From Fimbriimonadia bacterium (GTDB lineage Bacteria; Armatimonadota; Fimbriimonadia; Fimbriimonadales; JABRVX01), in the NCBI GenBank assembly GCA_041483895.1, contig JBGPGO010000001.1, positions 288,001 to 352,000 of the forward strand: a DNA stretch of 64,000 nucleotides. Direction: 5' to 3'. This document shows, piece by piece, positions 19,124-28,844 of this stretch (position 1 is the stretch's first letter; each line of letters begins with the position of its first letter). Below the pieces are notes generated by a model. That model was not told the origin of the DNA. It ran no database searches and saw only the letters and a list, made by a program, of their open reading frames with translations. A program made the position numbers and the translations under genes.

Positions 19124-19825
19124 GTGGGGTCCCAACAGAGCAACCTAACCGAATGCCGGGAATGCGCCGGTCAAGTCAGCGAACACGCGCCGTCATGTCC
19201 CCATTGTGGCGCGGTCCAACCGGCGCTCGCGACCCTGCCGCGCGATAAAGACGGGCACATCTCCCGGTCTGTCGTAGAGCGGTTGCAATCCGGAGAACCT
19301 GCCGGAAGCGTGACCGAGCTGGCCTCCTGCCGGGAGTGCAAGGGCCAAATCAGCCCGACCGCGGCGATGTGCCCCCACTGCGGCGCGCCGTATCCCGCCC
19401 GAGAACGTTACAGTGCCGGCAAAGATTGGAGAAGCAGTCGAACGATCAAAGGGAGGCCATTGGTGCACGTCGCCTGGGGCCGCGACCCGCTAACCGGCAA
19501 GCCGCGCGTCGCGAAAGGGGTTATCGCTATCGGCCAGTTCGCGAAAGGGGATATCGCAATCGGCCAGTTTGCCGCGGGGAAGTATTGTGCGTTGGGCCAG
19601 TTCGCGGCGTCGTTCGGAATCGGAATCGGGCAGTTCGCCATCGCGCCACTCTGTCTTGCCATGTTTGGGGTCGGGCTGCTCACAGTTGCGTTTATAGGAG
19701 TAGGCATGAAGGTTCTTGGCGGGCTGGGGATCGACCTTCATGGGATCGTAGGCGCCGGACAGACCGCGGCCGGGCACCTGGCGCCAAATGCGCCCACAAC
19801 CATCAAGTTTCCCGCCGGCAGATAG
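19124..19825 (+). CDS. Double zinc-ribbon membrane-associated protein
   Basis: Two CREC...CPHCG motifs, then AIGQFA repeats and a hydrophobic segment. Confidence 0.78.
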   Translation: MGSQQSNLTECRECAGQVSEHAPSCPHCGAVQPALATLPRDKDGHISRSVVERLQSGEPAGSVTELASCRECKGQISPTAAMCPHCGAPYPARERYSAGKDWRSSRTIKGRPLVHVAWGRDPLTGKPRVAKGVIAIGQFAKGDIAIGQFAAGKYCALGQFAASFGIGIGQFAIAPLCLAMFGVGLLTVAFIGVGMKVLGGLGIDLHGIVGAGQTAAGHLAPNAPTTIKFPAGR

Positions 19826-19826
19826 C

Positions 19827-21641
19827 ATGCAGGACCGCAAATTCCTCGCCTGGACCGCAGCGATATTCCTATTAATCGCCCTGCTACCGCAACTGTACGG
19901 CCTATTGATACAAGGCGACCGGATGTATACCGGCTTCGATGTCAACCCGGACGACATGTGCGTCTACGGGGCGTGGATGGAGCAGGCGCGGCGCGGACAC
20001 TTTTTTTTCTACAATCCCTTCACAACCGACGAACAGCCCCGCATGACGGTGCATCTGTTCTTCTATGCCCTCGGGACGGCCGAGCGCTTCACCGGCCTCT
20101 CCTTCCCTGTCGTTTTCCACGCGGCGCGGCTACTGTTCGGCCTGCTCTTCATCTTCGGTGCATGGCGGCTGATCGGGCGGCTCACTGAGGACCCATTGAC
20201 GCGGCGCATCCTGTTGCTCACGCTGCTGGTCTCCTCGGGCATCGGCTGGCTGTTCCAAGGCGCACAGGGGATGTCTGGGCCAACCGATCTTTGGCAGCCG
20301 GAAGGATTCACATTTCCAAGCCTCATGACGAACGCCCTCTTCGCGATCTCGTTGTGGCTGATCGTCGAGATTTGGATCGCGGTTTTGGATGCAAAGGAGC
20401 GCTGGTCGGCGGTCCCGCGCGGCGCTGTGCTGATGCTCGTGCTCGGAAACATCCACACCTACGATGTCCTTACGTTCGGTCTTGTCGCGGCCGCGTTCGC
20501 CATTTGTCTTTTGGCCCGCAGAGAGATTACGGGAGCGTGGCTGATGCGAGTCGTACTCATTGGATTGGGCGCCGTGCCGGCGGTCGCATGGCTGTGGTGG
20601 GTGCAGAAACACGACGCCGTTTTCGCGGCCCGCGCGGCAACTCTCACTTTCTCGCCGGATCCGTGGCAGTTCGTGCTCGGATATCTTCCGTTGATCCTTC
20701 TCGCGGGTGTCGCGCTGAGGCCGCGTTTGAAAGAGCTGGGCGCTATCGTTCCGTTAGCGATCCTTGGCCTATGTTTTGTGCGGCAATGGCTCAACACGTC
20801 CCCAGAACCGATTTTCATGCTCTGGTTCTTGTTGATTTACGCCTTACTGACAATCGGCGCGGCCTCGCTGGCAAAATCGAAGGAGGACGGGGTAGCGATG
20901 ACGCTGCTGATAGCATGGGCCGCCGTCGCGCTTTGGATCCCCTACTTCCCTGCCCTGTTCCAGCGCAAGCTGACGATGGGAGCGCACATCCCCATCGCCC
21001 TGTTAGCTGGCCTCGGCATCGCGAGGATTGCCGCATGGCAATCGGGTGGGAGAGAGAAAAGCCCTCCCCTTTTTTCCGGCTCAGGAGCGGCTTCCAAAAC
21101 TACAACCAGGAACTTTGGGCCGGAAAAAGGGGGAGAGCCTGTCCTGAGGTTGTCGAAGGAGTTGGGTGGGGGTTTCATTCGTCTCGCAGCCGTCCTCGTC
21201 TTGCTTTCGCTCACCAACATCTTCTGGCTCCGCAACAGCTTCGAAAACATCAGCACAAACACGGCATCGACAAAAATCCATCCGGTCTTCCTCGATCCCG
21301 ACCAGAGAGACGCGCTGCACTGGCTGCGAACGAACGCGTCCGAGAACGCCGCCGTTCTGGACCTCACCTTCTGGGCGTGCTACATCCCCGCGTTCGCCGG
21401 GCAAAAAACCTATGCGAGCCATTGGAGCGAGACGCCGGACTTCGCCGACAAGTTCAATCTGGTCAATCGCGACATTTATGGACTCGGAGGCAACAATCTA
21501 ACGGACGGCGAGCGATACAATCTCGTCCGCGGCCTCAGCGTGCAATATGTAATCTGGCACAAGGAAAAGGACTTGACGGACTTTTCCGACCTCGGTGACA
21601 TCGTGTTCGACCGTCCGACATTGGCGATTGTGAAGTTGTAG
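19827..21641 (+). CDS. Polytopic membrane protein (GT-C glycosyltransferase-like) with an in-frame repeat insertion
   Basis: Many TM segments, NPDDMCVY loop, C-terminal ALHWLRTN...YIPA..G...YVIW domain. Start at ATG 19827. Confidence 0.72.
   Translation: MQDRKFLAWTAAIFLLIALLPQLYGLLIQGDRMYTGFDVNPDDMCVYGAWMEQARRGHFFFYNPFTTDEQPRMTVHLFFYALGTAERFTGLSFPVVFHAARLLFGLLFIFGAWRLIGRLTEDPLTRRILLLTLLVSSGIGWLFQGAQGMSGPTDLWQPEGFTFPSLMTNALFAISLWLIVEIWIAVLDAKERWSAVPRGAVLMLVLGNIHTYDVLTFGLVAAAFAICLLARREITGAWLMRVVLIGLGAVPAVAWLWWVQKHDAVFAARAATLTFSPDPWQFVLGYLPLILLAGVALRPRLKELGAIVPLAILGLCFVRQWLNTSPEPIFMLWFLLIYALLTIGAASLAKSKEDGVAMTLLIAWAAVALWIPYFPALFQRKLTMGAHIPIALLAGLGIARIAAWQSGGREKSPPLFSGSGAASKTTTRNFGPEKGGEPVLRLSKELGGGFIRLAAVLVLLSLTNIFWLRNSFENISTNTASTKIHPVFLDPDQRDALHWLRTNASENAAVLDLTFWACYIPAFAGQKTYASHWSETPDFADKFNLVNRDIYGLGGNNLTDGERYNLVRGLSVQYVIWHKEKDLTDFSDLGDIVFDRPTLAIVKL
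21057..21175. repeat. Composite palindromic element inserted in-frame in the CDS
   Basis: Arms ctccccttttttccggc / gccggaaaaagggggag, then cctgtcctgaggttgtcgaagga and gttgggtgggggttt. The ends resemble the free element at 61258..61302. Confidence 0.7.
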
Positions 21642-21653
21642 CGGCATGTTCCG

Positions 21654-22952
21654 CTATCGACCTCTTCGCCGAAAACCGGCGAACAGCAGCAGACCTGGGA
21701 TTCCGCACATCCCTGGTTCCGGGACTGGCGAGGAGAGCCAGACGGAGACGGTGCCGTCGGGGTCCACCCCCTCCCACAGCACCTGTCCATTCACGCCGAC
21801 GGCGAGCGACCGGGCGGCGAGGAAGTTGAAGCTGCCATACGCGTCGAGAGATAGATTGAACTGATTGACAAAAACGCTGCGAACTGGAACTTTGGGACCT
21901 GATGCGTACCAGACGCCGTAGCCGAATCCGTCCAGCCCAGTCATATCGAAATCGGTTGGGATTCCTACGATATCCGTCGTCAGATTTTTTCCGTTGAGGA
22001 TGGCCAAGTACCCTAAGGTGCTGCTTGCCCCGTTCCAGAAGACGTCGCCTTTGTTGTTGACAAAGTTCAGCCCTTGGCGGATGCCGTCGATGTCCAGTTC
22101 CGGTACCTCCGCGGTGAGGTCCCTCATTCCCAGCATCATATGATCCGTATTGTTCGTGTCGACGCGAATCCAAAGAAATTGGTCAGATGAGTTGATCGCC
22201 TCGACGTGTCCGGCTTTCATCGTCGGGAACAGGTCCTTGGTCAAGTTCCGATCGTTGAGGAAGACGTCGAATCTCCCGTTAGTCGTCGACCCGAGCCCGT
22301 CCCACAGCACGCTGCCACTAGCTCCCAGGATACCCGTCTGCGCGAATTGCAATTCGCCCAAGATACCGGCGGTGAAATTGACGCCGTTCTTGTACAAATT
22401 GATCTGTCCGTCGGAATCTGTGGCTCGATACAGTGTATCACCGCGGCCGTTGATGCCGTAAAGCATGACATTGGATATCGCCGCGCCGCCGGAGATCTCC
22501 TGTCCTCCTTGGAAAACTCGGGTGACGCCGGACTTTTGGTACGTCCAGAATGGATTACCCGCGTCGTCGATCCCCCGAATTGTGACGCGGCTCTGACTTG
22601 GATCCGGCGGAAACAGCGGACCATAAAAATCGTGGCCGTCGGCGTTGACGGAGATCGAGCTCACCGTGCCCCCCTCCCACGCCACCTGCCCGCCGCGGTT
22701 GATACCGTACGTCGTGCCGTTGCTGACGGGTCCGAGGTAGGTGGAGTTGAGGTTGGTCTTGTACTTCCAAGCGTCGAAATGGCCGTCCAGGGATCTAGTC
22801 GTATAGCACGGGATGCCGTCTGCGTTGATGAAGCAGTTTACTTTTTGGCCCGCATATTGGACCTCCTTGATCAACTGCTCATGCTTCCATTGGGTCTGGG
22901 ACTCCGCGCACACGAATGCCAATGTCGCGATGACGGCGATGCATGATTTCAT
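21654..22952 (-). CDS. PEP-CTERM surface protein with repeated beta-propeller-like motifs
   Basis: Signal MKSCIAVIATLAF; repeated GIN..G motifs; C-terminal PVPEPG + hydrophobic + RRRGR. Confidence 0.82.
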   Translation of the reverse strand: MKSCIAVIATLAFVCAESQTQWKHEQLIKEVQYAGQKVNCFINADGIPCYTTRSLDGHFDAWKYKTNLNSTYLGPVSNGTTYGINRGGQVAWEGGTVSSISVNADGHDFYGPLFPPDPSQSRVTIRGIDDAGNPFWTYQKSGVTRVFQGGQEISGGAAISNVMLYGINGRGDTLYRATDSDGQINLYKNGVNFTAGILGELQFAQTGILGASGSVLWDGLGSTTNGRFDVFLNDRNLTKDLFPTMKAGHVEAINSSDQFLWIRVDTNNTDHMMLGMRDLTAEVPELDIDGIRQGLNFVNNKGDVFWNGASSTLGYLAILNGKNLTTDIVGIPTDFDMTGLDGFGYGVWYASGPKVPVRSVFVNQFNLSLDAYGSFNFLAARSLAVGVNGQVLWEGVDPDGTVSVWLSSPVPEPGMCGIPGLLLFAGFRRRGR

Positions 22953-22973
22953 CCAAGTATCTCCCTTTTCATG

Positions 22974-23179
22974 CCTCAACAGGTCCTCCTGTTGAGGGAC
23001 GTCCGGCAACTACTTCGGCGGCGCGGTGGACATGGGTCGGCAAATCCCACCACGTGGATATATTACACCAACTTTGGCGTCTTGGCGCTCGGAAGCCTCC
23101 CAAAAACCCTCAACAGGAGGACCTGTCTGAGGGATTCAACCCTCCCCGAAGACCCTCGCCAGAAGGACCTGTCTGAGGG
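22974..23179. repeat. Three copies of a ~26-bp palindrome (one inverted, two direct)
   Basis: ccctcaacaggaggacctgt(c)tgaggg-like copies at 22974-22998 (reverse), 23107-23133 and 23153-23179. Confidence 0.8.
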
Positions 23180-23190
23180 ATTCTGCAACG

Positions 23191-23292
23191 CTAATCCACC
23201 GTAAACACAACCTTGCCGCACTCGCCTTTGGCGATCAGTTCCATCGCCTCCACAAACTGCGTGTAGTGGAATCGGTGGGTAATGACCGGCGG
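23191..23292 (-). pseudogene. 3' remnant of a threonine-dehydrogenase-like (MDR) gene
   Basis: Translates to PPVITHRFHYTQFVEAMELIAKGECGKVVFTVD*, with no 5' portion of the gene present. Confidence 0.72.
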
Positions 23293-23294
23293 GA

Positions 23295-25481
23295 CTACTT
23301 CGCCGTCTTGTAATCCGGCAGCCGGACCTTCCACAAACTACGGCCATGCGTCCCTACCGTCAGATATCCGGTCCGGCGGTTGAGCGCCAGCCGCATGCAC
23401 GGGCAGTTGGGAAGCCCAGTCCCGTACCGCTTCCAGTTTCCGCCGCCGCTATTGGAAACATACACCCCGACGTCGCCCGCGATATACACGTCATCCGGCC
23501 GCGTCGGATCGATGACGATATGACCGAACGGCGCGTCCGGCAGATTGTCATCCACGCTCCTCCATGTCCCGCCCGCATTCTCCGTTTTGAAAATGTGCTT
23601 GTGGCCGTATCCATGCACCCCAACATATGCGGTCCGGGGCGAGCGCGGGTCGACCGCCAACGTGGCAATGTGCCCACCCGGCAGTCCTGCCGTAATGTCG
23701 AACCAATTTCCCCCGGTGTTCGGCGTGACCCATACCCTGCCCCAGGAGCTGCCTGCGTAGATCACTTCGGAATGCTTTGGCGCGATCGCAAGGGCGCTGA
23801 CATGCCCCATATCGCCGCTGATCGCCTCCCATGAATCCGTCCGGTTGGTCGTCCGCCACACTCGACTTGCCCCCGCAACCAAGATGTCCGAATTGTTGGG
23901 ATCGATTTCGAAAGGAGCGTAGAAGAGGCCGCCCGTTGTGTCCATATTGTTGACGCAGTAGTACCAACTATCGCCATAGTCGTCCGACCTATGCAACGAT
24001 AGGCCGACATATTCCGTGTAGACCCGCTCCGGATGCTGGTAGTCCACAATCGTCCAGCCGCCGTCGCCGAAGAAGGTCTCCTTCCATCTGAGGTCCCCCC
24101 GCGTTCGGCTGGTGCCGTTGTCCTGGGTTCCTCCGTAGGCGACAAAGGGGCTTATGGGGTCGACATCGATTCCGATGAATTGGAGCGTCGCCAGATTGTT
24201 GCTGATCGCCTCCCACGTATCCCCTCGGTCTTTCGTCATGAAAAGACCGCCGTCGCAGCCGGTGTACATCACCTTGGGATCGATGGGGTCGAAGATAAAG
24301 CAGTGCCAGTCGGGATGGGTGTTGCCGCCGGAATACGATCGGGAAACGTCCAGCCAGGTCGAGCCGCCGTCCAGAGTGCGAAGGATTGAATATCCGCCGC
24401 CAAAGACAATGTTGGGATTGTCCGGGGCGCAGGCGTAGAAGTTGTCGTACCAAAGCTGGCCGCCGCCGTAATTCGGCGCGTCCTTCAACAACCGCCAAGA
24501 TCTGCCGCCATCATCCGTGCGATACTCCGCAATGCCGTTGCCCCAACCGACCGCGTAAGAGACGTAGACCGTGTCCGGAAAGTCGCGGCACTGCGCGAGC
24601 TGGCTCCGGCCAAAACTGTTGTGAGGGAGCGTGCCGCCCAGCAATTCCCACGTGTTCCCGGAATCCGTCGTCTTGTAAACACCGTTCTTGCCGCCAAGTC
24701 CCCCAACCGCATAGTACACATCCGGCCTTTTGTCGCTGTTCACCACGTCTGTGAAGGCGCCTTCCACCACAGCCTGCCAGTGGTTGCCTCCGTTGAGGCT
24801 GCGCATCAATCCCCGGCCGGTGGCAGCAATGAGCAGCCCGCGCACCTTTGTGCTGGCGACCATCTTCGCCACAGCGGTACCGTTCAGTTCTTCCGAGCCG
24901 AGCAACTCCCATGTCTCCCCGGCGTTGGTCGATCGCAATATCCCCGCGCCGAAATAGCTGTCGGAAGCGCCATGCGCCTCCCCCGTGCCGGCATAGATGA
25001 TGTCCGGGTTGAACGGGTCTAAGACGAGGCTGCCGAAGGAGAGCGAGGCCTCGAAATCGGACATCGGCCTCCAGTTCTGGCCGCCGTTGGTGCTCTTCCA
25101 AACCCCGCCCAGCGATGCTCCGATGTACAAACGCCTCGTATTGCGGGGGTCCACGGCGATTGTGCTCACGCGTCCGGAGTTGTCCGAACCGCCCCACGCT
25201 TTATCCAGTGGCGCCGGGCCGATGCATTCCCAAGATGGGTGAACACCCTTAGCATCCGTCCAAAACGGCACTTGCAAGGCGTCCGTCCACGGAGAGGTCC
25301 TCGTGTCTTCGGGCAGCTTTGGGCCGGAGCGCCGAATCTGGTCGAAGTACAGCTCGCCTTCCGCCTCCTCCTTCTCCACCGTCGTGGGCAGCTTCTTTTC
25401 CCACTGCGGATCGGGTGGCCGGACACCCGCCGGGCCCTGCGCGCTTGCGGTGAAGAGGAGCCAGCCGAATGCAGCCACCAT
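23295..25481 (-). CDS. Secreted BNR/Asp-box repeat (Vps10/sortilin-like) beta-propeller protein
   Basis: SGRVSTIAVDP, many S/TxDxGxxW Asp boxes, GGTQDNG and GTHGRSLW. Confidence 0.87.
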   Translation of the reverse strand: MVAAFGWLLFTASAQGPAGVRPPDPQWEKKLPTTVEKEEAEGELYFDQIRRSGPKLPEDTRTSPWTDALQVPFWTDAKGVHPSWECIGPAPLDKAWGGSDNSGRVSTIAVDPRNTRRLYIGASLGGVWKSTNGGQNWRPMSDFEASLSFGSLVLDPFNPDIIYAGTGEAHGASDSYFGAGILRSTNAGETWELLGSEELNGTAVAKMVASTKVRGLLIAATGRGLMRSLNGGNHWQAVVEGAFTDVVNSDKRPDVYYAVGGLGGKNGVYKTTDSGNTWELLGGTLPHNSFGRSQLAQCRDFPDTVYVSYAVGWGNGIAEYRTDDGGRSWRLLKDAPNYGGGQLWYDNFYACAPDNPNIVFGGGYSILRTLDGGSTWLDVSRSYSGGNTHPDWHCFIFDPIDPKVMYTGCDGGLFMTKDRGDTWEAISNNLATLQFIGIDVDPISPFVAYGGTQDNGTSRTRGDLRWKETFFGDGGWTIVDYQHPERVYTEYVGLSLHRSDDYGDSWYYCVNNMDTTGGLFYAPFEIDPNNSDILVAGASRVWRTTNRTDSWEAISGDMGHVSALAIAPKHSEVIYAGSSWGRVWVTPNTGGNWFDITAGLPGGHIATLAVDPRSPRTAYVGVHGYGHKHIFKTENAGGTWRSVDDNLPDAPFGHIVIDPTRPDDVYIAGDVGVYVSNSGGGNWKRYGTGLPNCPCMRLALNRRTGYLTVGTHGRSLWKVRLPDYKTAK

Positions 25482-25790
25482 CCCAACCCTATAGAATGCC
25501 GGAATACAAAAGTTGTGTAAGGATTGACCCGCTGAGGCCACTTGGCCCCTGGCATCAATCGTATAAATCGGTGGGGAGGCATCTCTAGTAAATCGAGGGT
25601 GTCGAAGAAGGCGGTCCATGACCGGATCATTTCACGGTCAAGACAAAGGGTCCTTCCGGCCGGCATGCCCGTAAATACCAGAGATTACGAGGAAGGTCCC
25701 GAATTTCCCCGATTATCTACGTGGAAATTTGACTTTTCTGGTGGCAATTTGGTAGAGAGTGGAAGCATAGAGTTGGGAGGTTCGAAACAG

Positions 25791-26012
25791 ATGGAACCGA
25801 ATAGCAAGGCGGCGGAGATCTCCGTCTTTGAGAGCGATATCATATCCGACCTTGGACGTGGCGCTGGGCAGCAGGAAGTGGCTGATTCTCACGGAATTAC
25901 CCACGAGGATCTTGAAATCTCCTTGTACAGCGTGCTCGGCAAGCTCCAGGTCGGCGCGGCCAAATTCGTCCTCGACGACGTTACCGAACCGAAGGAACTG
26001 GTTCCCGCCTAA
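25791..26012 (+). CDS. Small protein, possibly a degenerate LuxR-type HTH
   Basis: GGGAGG RBS; ISVFESDIISDLGRG...QEVADSHGIT...SVLGKLQV resembles LuxR HTH spacing; downstream hairpin. Confidence 0.6.
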   Translation: MEPNSKAAEISVFESDIISDLGRGAGQQEVADSHGITHEDLEISLYSVLGKLQVGAAKFVLDDVTEPKELVPA

Positions 26013-26050
26013 AAAAGAAGGGCGGCCCGCTTTGGGGCGAACCGCTCTAC
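26011..26050. terminator. Hairpin between convergent genes
   Basis: A-tract plus gggcgg..cgc/gcg..ccgctc stem. Confidence 0.45.
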
Positions 26051-26093
26051 TCTACTCAAAGGTTCCGTTCTCAGAGGCTTTTGCTACGTATCT

Positions 26094-28313
26094 TTACTTG
26101 CCTAGGAGTCCAGATAGTTCCCCGGCGCTCAGAGATTCCGATCCCTGTTCTCCAATTTGCACCGCACCGCCAGGCAGTTGGACGATGAGCGATTCTCCCA
26201 ACTTGCTGTAGTCTTTGAACTTCTTCCACGCTTCGATCAGCTTGATGTGAGCATCGCTGAACGCCTTGATCTTGGTGACCTTGGCTTCCTTTTTGAACGC
26301 GGCATCGGTCCATACGCCATTGACCCAATAGAAGGTCTTGTCTCCGGCGATTCGCATCAGGGCCTGTGCCTCACGTCCCGGGGGCGCGGCGCCCCTATAT
26401 GTGCCTTGGGGGAAGCCTCCACTGCCGCCGCCCGTTCCGCCGCCGCCCAAACTTTTCAGCTTGCCGGCCTCAGCTGCTCCGTCCGATTGCCCGAATTGGA
26501 TGAATGCACCGTTCAAATCGTCGTTCAATTCGCCGCTGGCGTGCCCTGCTCTGCCATAATAATCCATCGGCATCTGGTGCTCAGTAATCAAAAACGAAGT
26601 CAATTGCGTAACGATCCCGAACTCCAGCGACAGCCGAACGATCTCATCCCGCAGTTCTTTCGTGTCCCTGCCGTCCAAGCGGAACTCGTCCATCAAGTAG
26701 CCGATCTTGCGCGCTGCCCAGACACGGGGGATGTAATCGTCCCTATCCTGCCTGCCGGACAGGTCCACGTCGATGAAGGTCCGATCCTGCCCACGCGCCG
26801 CCGCGCCGGTGACGGTAATCCTGCCGTGTCCGTCGCCGCGATACCGCCCGGCAATGACAAGCGCGCTGCCTCGGAACAGGTCCCTGGGCTCCTTGGGGAA
26901 CACGTCGTACACGTCCATCCCGTCGTACTTGATCGAAATATTGCTGAGGGCCGGGACGCTGACCTTCTCGAAGAACCCTTCGACGATGGTGTCGATCTTG
27001 TCGCCTTCCAGCACATAGTTGCTGTCGCCGCGCGCATCGAACGCAATGCGATCGAGCAGCTTGCTGTCCACATCGCTGCCGACCCCGAAGGAGTAGATGC
27101 GAATCCCGCCCGCCCGCTCGTTGAGGTCTGAGATGCCACGGCGAATCCGCTGGGGATCGGTTTCGCCGACAGTGGGCAGTCCGTCTGTGAGGAAGATGAT
27201 CGCCTGGAATTCATGGCCCTTTTCTTTCGGGAATGTGTTTATGCCCGCCTGCAGAGCCTCGTAAATGTTGGTTCCGCCTCGCGCGCTTATGTCATCGACA
27301 AAACGAATCGCCTTGCTCTTGTTCTGCTCGTCCGCTGAGACAAGGCCTTGGAACACTTTGTCCACGCCGTCGTTGAAGACGATGACCTGGAACCGGTCCA
27401 TCGGACGGAGCCTGTCCACGCACTGGCGGAGCGCCTTTTTGGCCTGGATGATCTTATCGCCGTCCATGCTTCCTGTGCGGTCGAACACGAACACGATGCT
27501 CTTCGAAACTTCCGCCTCCTTGGAGTGGAGCTGCGGTGACAGCACCATCAGGAAGTAGCCGTCCGCTCCCGATCGATAGGGGAGGATGCTGAGCCCGAGC
27601 TCATCAGACCCTGACCGAATTAGCAGTTGGAAATCTTGCGGCTCGGAACGGCCTCCCGACTCCCACGAAACCACCGCATGCTTGGCGCTGGTCGTCCGCA
27701 CGCTGATATCGGCGTGGCTGGGGGAATAGACAGTCTGGATCGGCTGCGAGGTCTCGATGTCGGCGTGCAAAGTTACGCGGGACGGAAGTTTCTGGGACCT
27801 GGCATCCAGGGACATGGGATAAGAGAAGCGGTATGCGCCGCCGTCTCTAGGCAGCACTTCACTGTATCGCAAAGAGATCTTCCGTTTGCCGTTCGGCGGG
27901 ATCGGGAAGATCCGCAGGCGGACCAGCCTACTGCCGAGCATCTCGAGAAGCGCGGGGTCCCGCTGGCGGCGCACGATGCTTTCGTATATTCGCCGCGCCT
28001 CGTCCGCGGGCAGGATTTTGGCCTCCATCAGCTTGTCCCCGTCGGTCATAGTCAGGCGAGAGATGCTTGCCCCCGCAGGCACGGGGAAAAGATAGACCGC
28101 CTCGAGGGGATAAGGATTGGGATTGAAGAAAACCTGCTCGACCCGCGTTTCCGACGCGGCATCTTTGATATCCACGTTTATGGCATGCGAATCCAGAATG
28201 AAGCCACCCCAGGGCCGCTCTCGTATGGGCCAGTCATCCGGCGGAACAAGGGTTCCCTGCCCAAACGCCGCTCCGGCTAAGCAAACGCACAACGACCAAA
28301 GAACTTGCTTCAT
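26094..28313 (-). CDS. Secreted VIT + vWA domain protein
   Basis: EQVFFNP..LEAVYLFP and DPALLE (VIT); DRTGSM MIDAS, GGTNI and LTDG (vWA). Confidence 0.9.
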   Translation of the reverse strand: MKQVLWSLCVCLAGAAFGQGTLVPPDDWPIRERPWGGFILDSHAINVDIKDAASETRVEQVFFNPNPYPLEAVYLFPVPAGASISRLTMTDGDKLMEAKILPADEARRIYESIVRRQRDPALLEMLGSRLVRLRIFPIPPNGKRKISLRYSEVLPRDGGAYRFSYPMSLDARSQKLPSRVTLHADIETSQPIQTVYSPSHADISVRTTSAKHAVVSWESGGRSEPQDFQLLIRSGSDELGLSILPYRSGADGYFLMVLSPQLHSKEAEVSKSIVFVFDRTGSMDGDKIIQAKKALRQCVDRLRPMDRFQVIVFNDGVDKVFQGLVSADEQNKSKAIRFVDDISARGGTNIYEALQAGINTFPKEKGHEFQAIIFLTDGLPTVGETDPQRIRRGISDLNERAGGIRIYSFGVGSDVDSKLLDRIAFDARGDSNYVLEGDKIDTIVEGFFEKVSVPALSNISIKYDGMDVYDVFPKEPRDLFRGSALVIAGRYRGDGHGRITVTGAAARGQDRTFIDVDLSGRQDRDDYIPRVWAARKIGYLMDEFRLDGRDTKELRDEIVRLSLEFGIVTQLTSFLITEHQMPMDYYGRAGHASGELNDDLNGAFIQFGQSDGAAEAGKLKSLGGGGTGGGSGGFPQGTYRGAAPPGREAQALMRIAGDKTFYWVNGVWTDAAFKKEAKVTKIKAFSDAHIKLIEAWKKFKDYSKLGESLIVQLPGGAVQIGEQGSESLSAGELSGLLGK

Positions 28314-28357
28314 TCGATCCACCTCTCGAACTTAGACGCATCCGGTCGGAGGAAAGG

Positions 28358-28792
28358 TTACGGCTTTTTGTCGGTAACCTCCACGGTCACCATCTTGGTG
28401 GTCCGCGGATAGGACTGCATCGCGAATGGATAAGTAATGGCCTGGGTCACAATCGCGTCCTTGGGCGGCGCTTCGACGACCGCCGATATCACGATCGCAC
28501 CGTTCTGTTCCTTCATGCCCGTAAACTTCACGGAATAGCCGCCCGTCCGCCGCATGCCGGCGTAGACAACAACAACCATGTTCTGGCCGAAATTCACGGA
28601 AGGCGCTTTCTCACCCCGGGCATGGCGCCGCCAGAGCTTGGTCCAGTCACCGGCATCCCGGATCACCATCGTCTCCGCCTTATGAATTCCGCTCTGAGCG
28701 CCCGTCAGTGAAAATGAGCTTGGTTCCACGTGCTTCCTTTGCCCGGCCGCCGGTGTGAGAAGCAGTACGATTGCAAAAACCAGAGAAGTCAT
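28358..28792 (-). CDS. PrcB C-terminal-like domain protein
   Basis: PSVNF..MVVVVYAGMRRTGGYSV and VTQAITYP. Confidence 0.8.
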   Translation of the reverse strand: MTSLVFAIVLLLTPAAGQRKHVEPSSFSLTGAQSGIHKAETMVIRDAGDWTKLWRRHARGEKAPSVNFGQNMVVVVYAGMRRTGGYSVKFTGMKEQNGAIVISAVVEAPPKDAIVTQAITYPFAMQSYPRTTKMVTVEVTDKKP

Positions 28793-28844
28793 GTTCGCAC
28801 CCCCTATCATTGTAGACGTCGCGAGGTTTTGCTACAATACCAAA

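Noticed and set aside
18645..19248. ORFs with repeated peptides across the 63-bp duplication
   Set aside because: They are a by-product of a repeat length divisible by 3 and show no other coding evidence.
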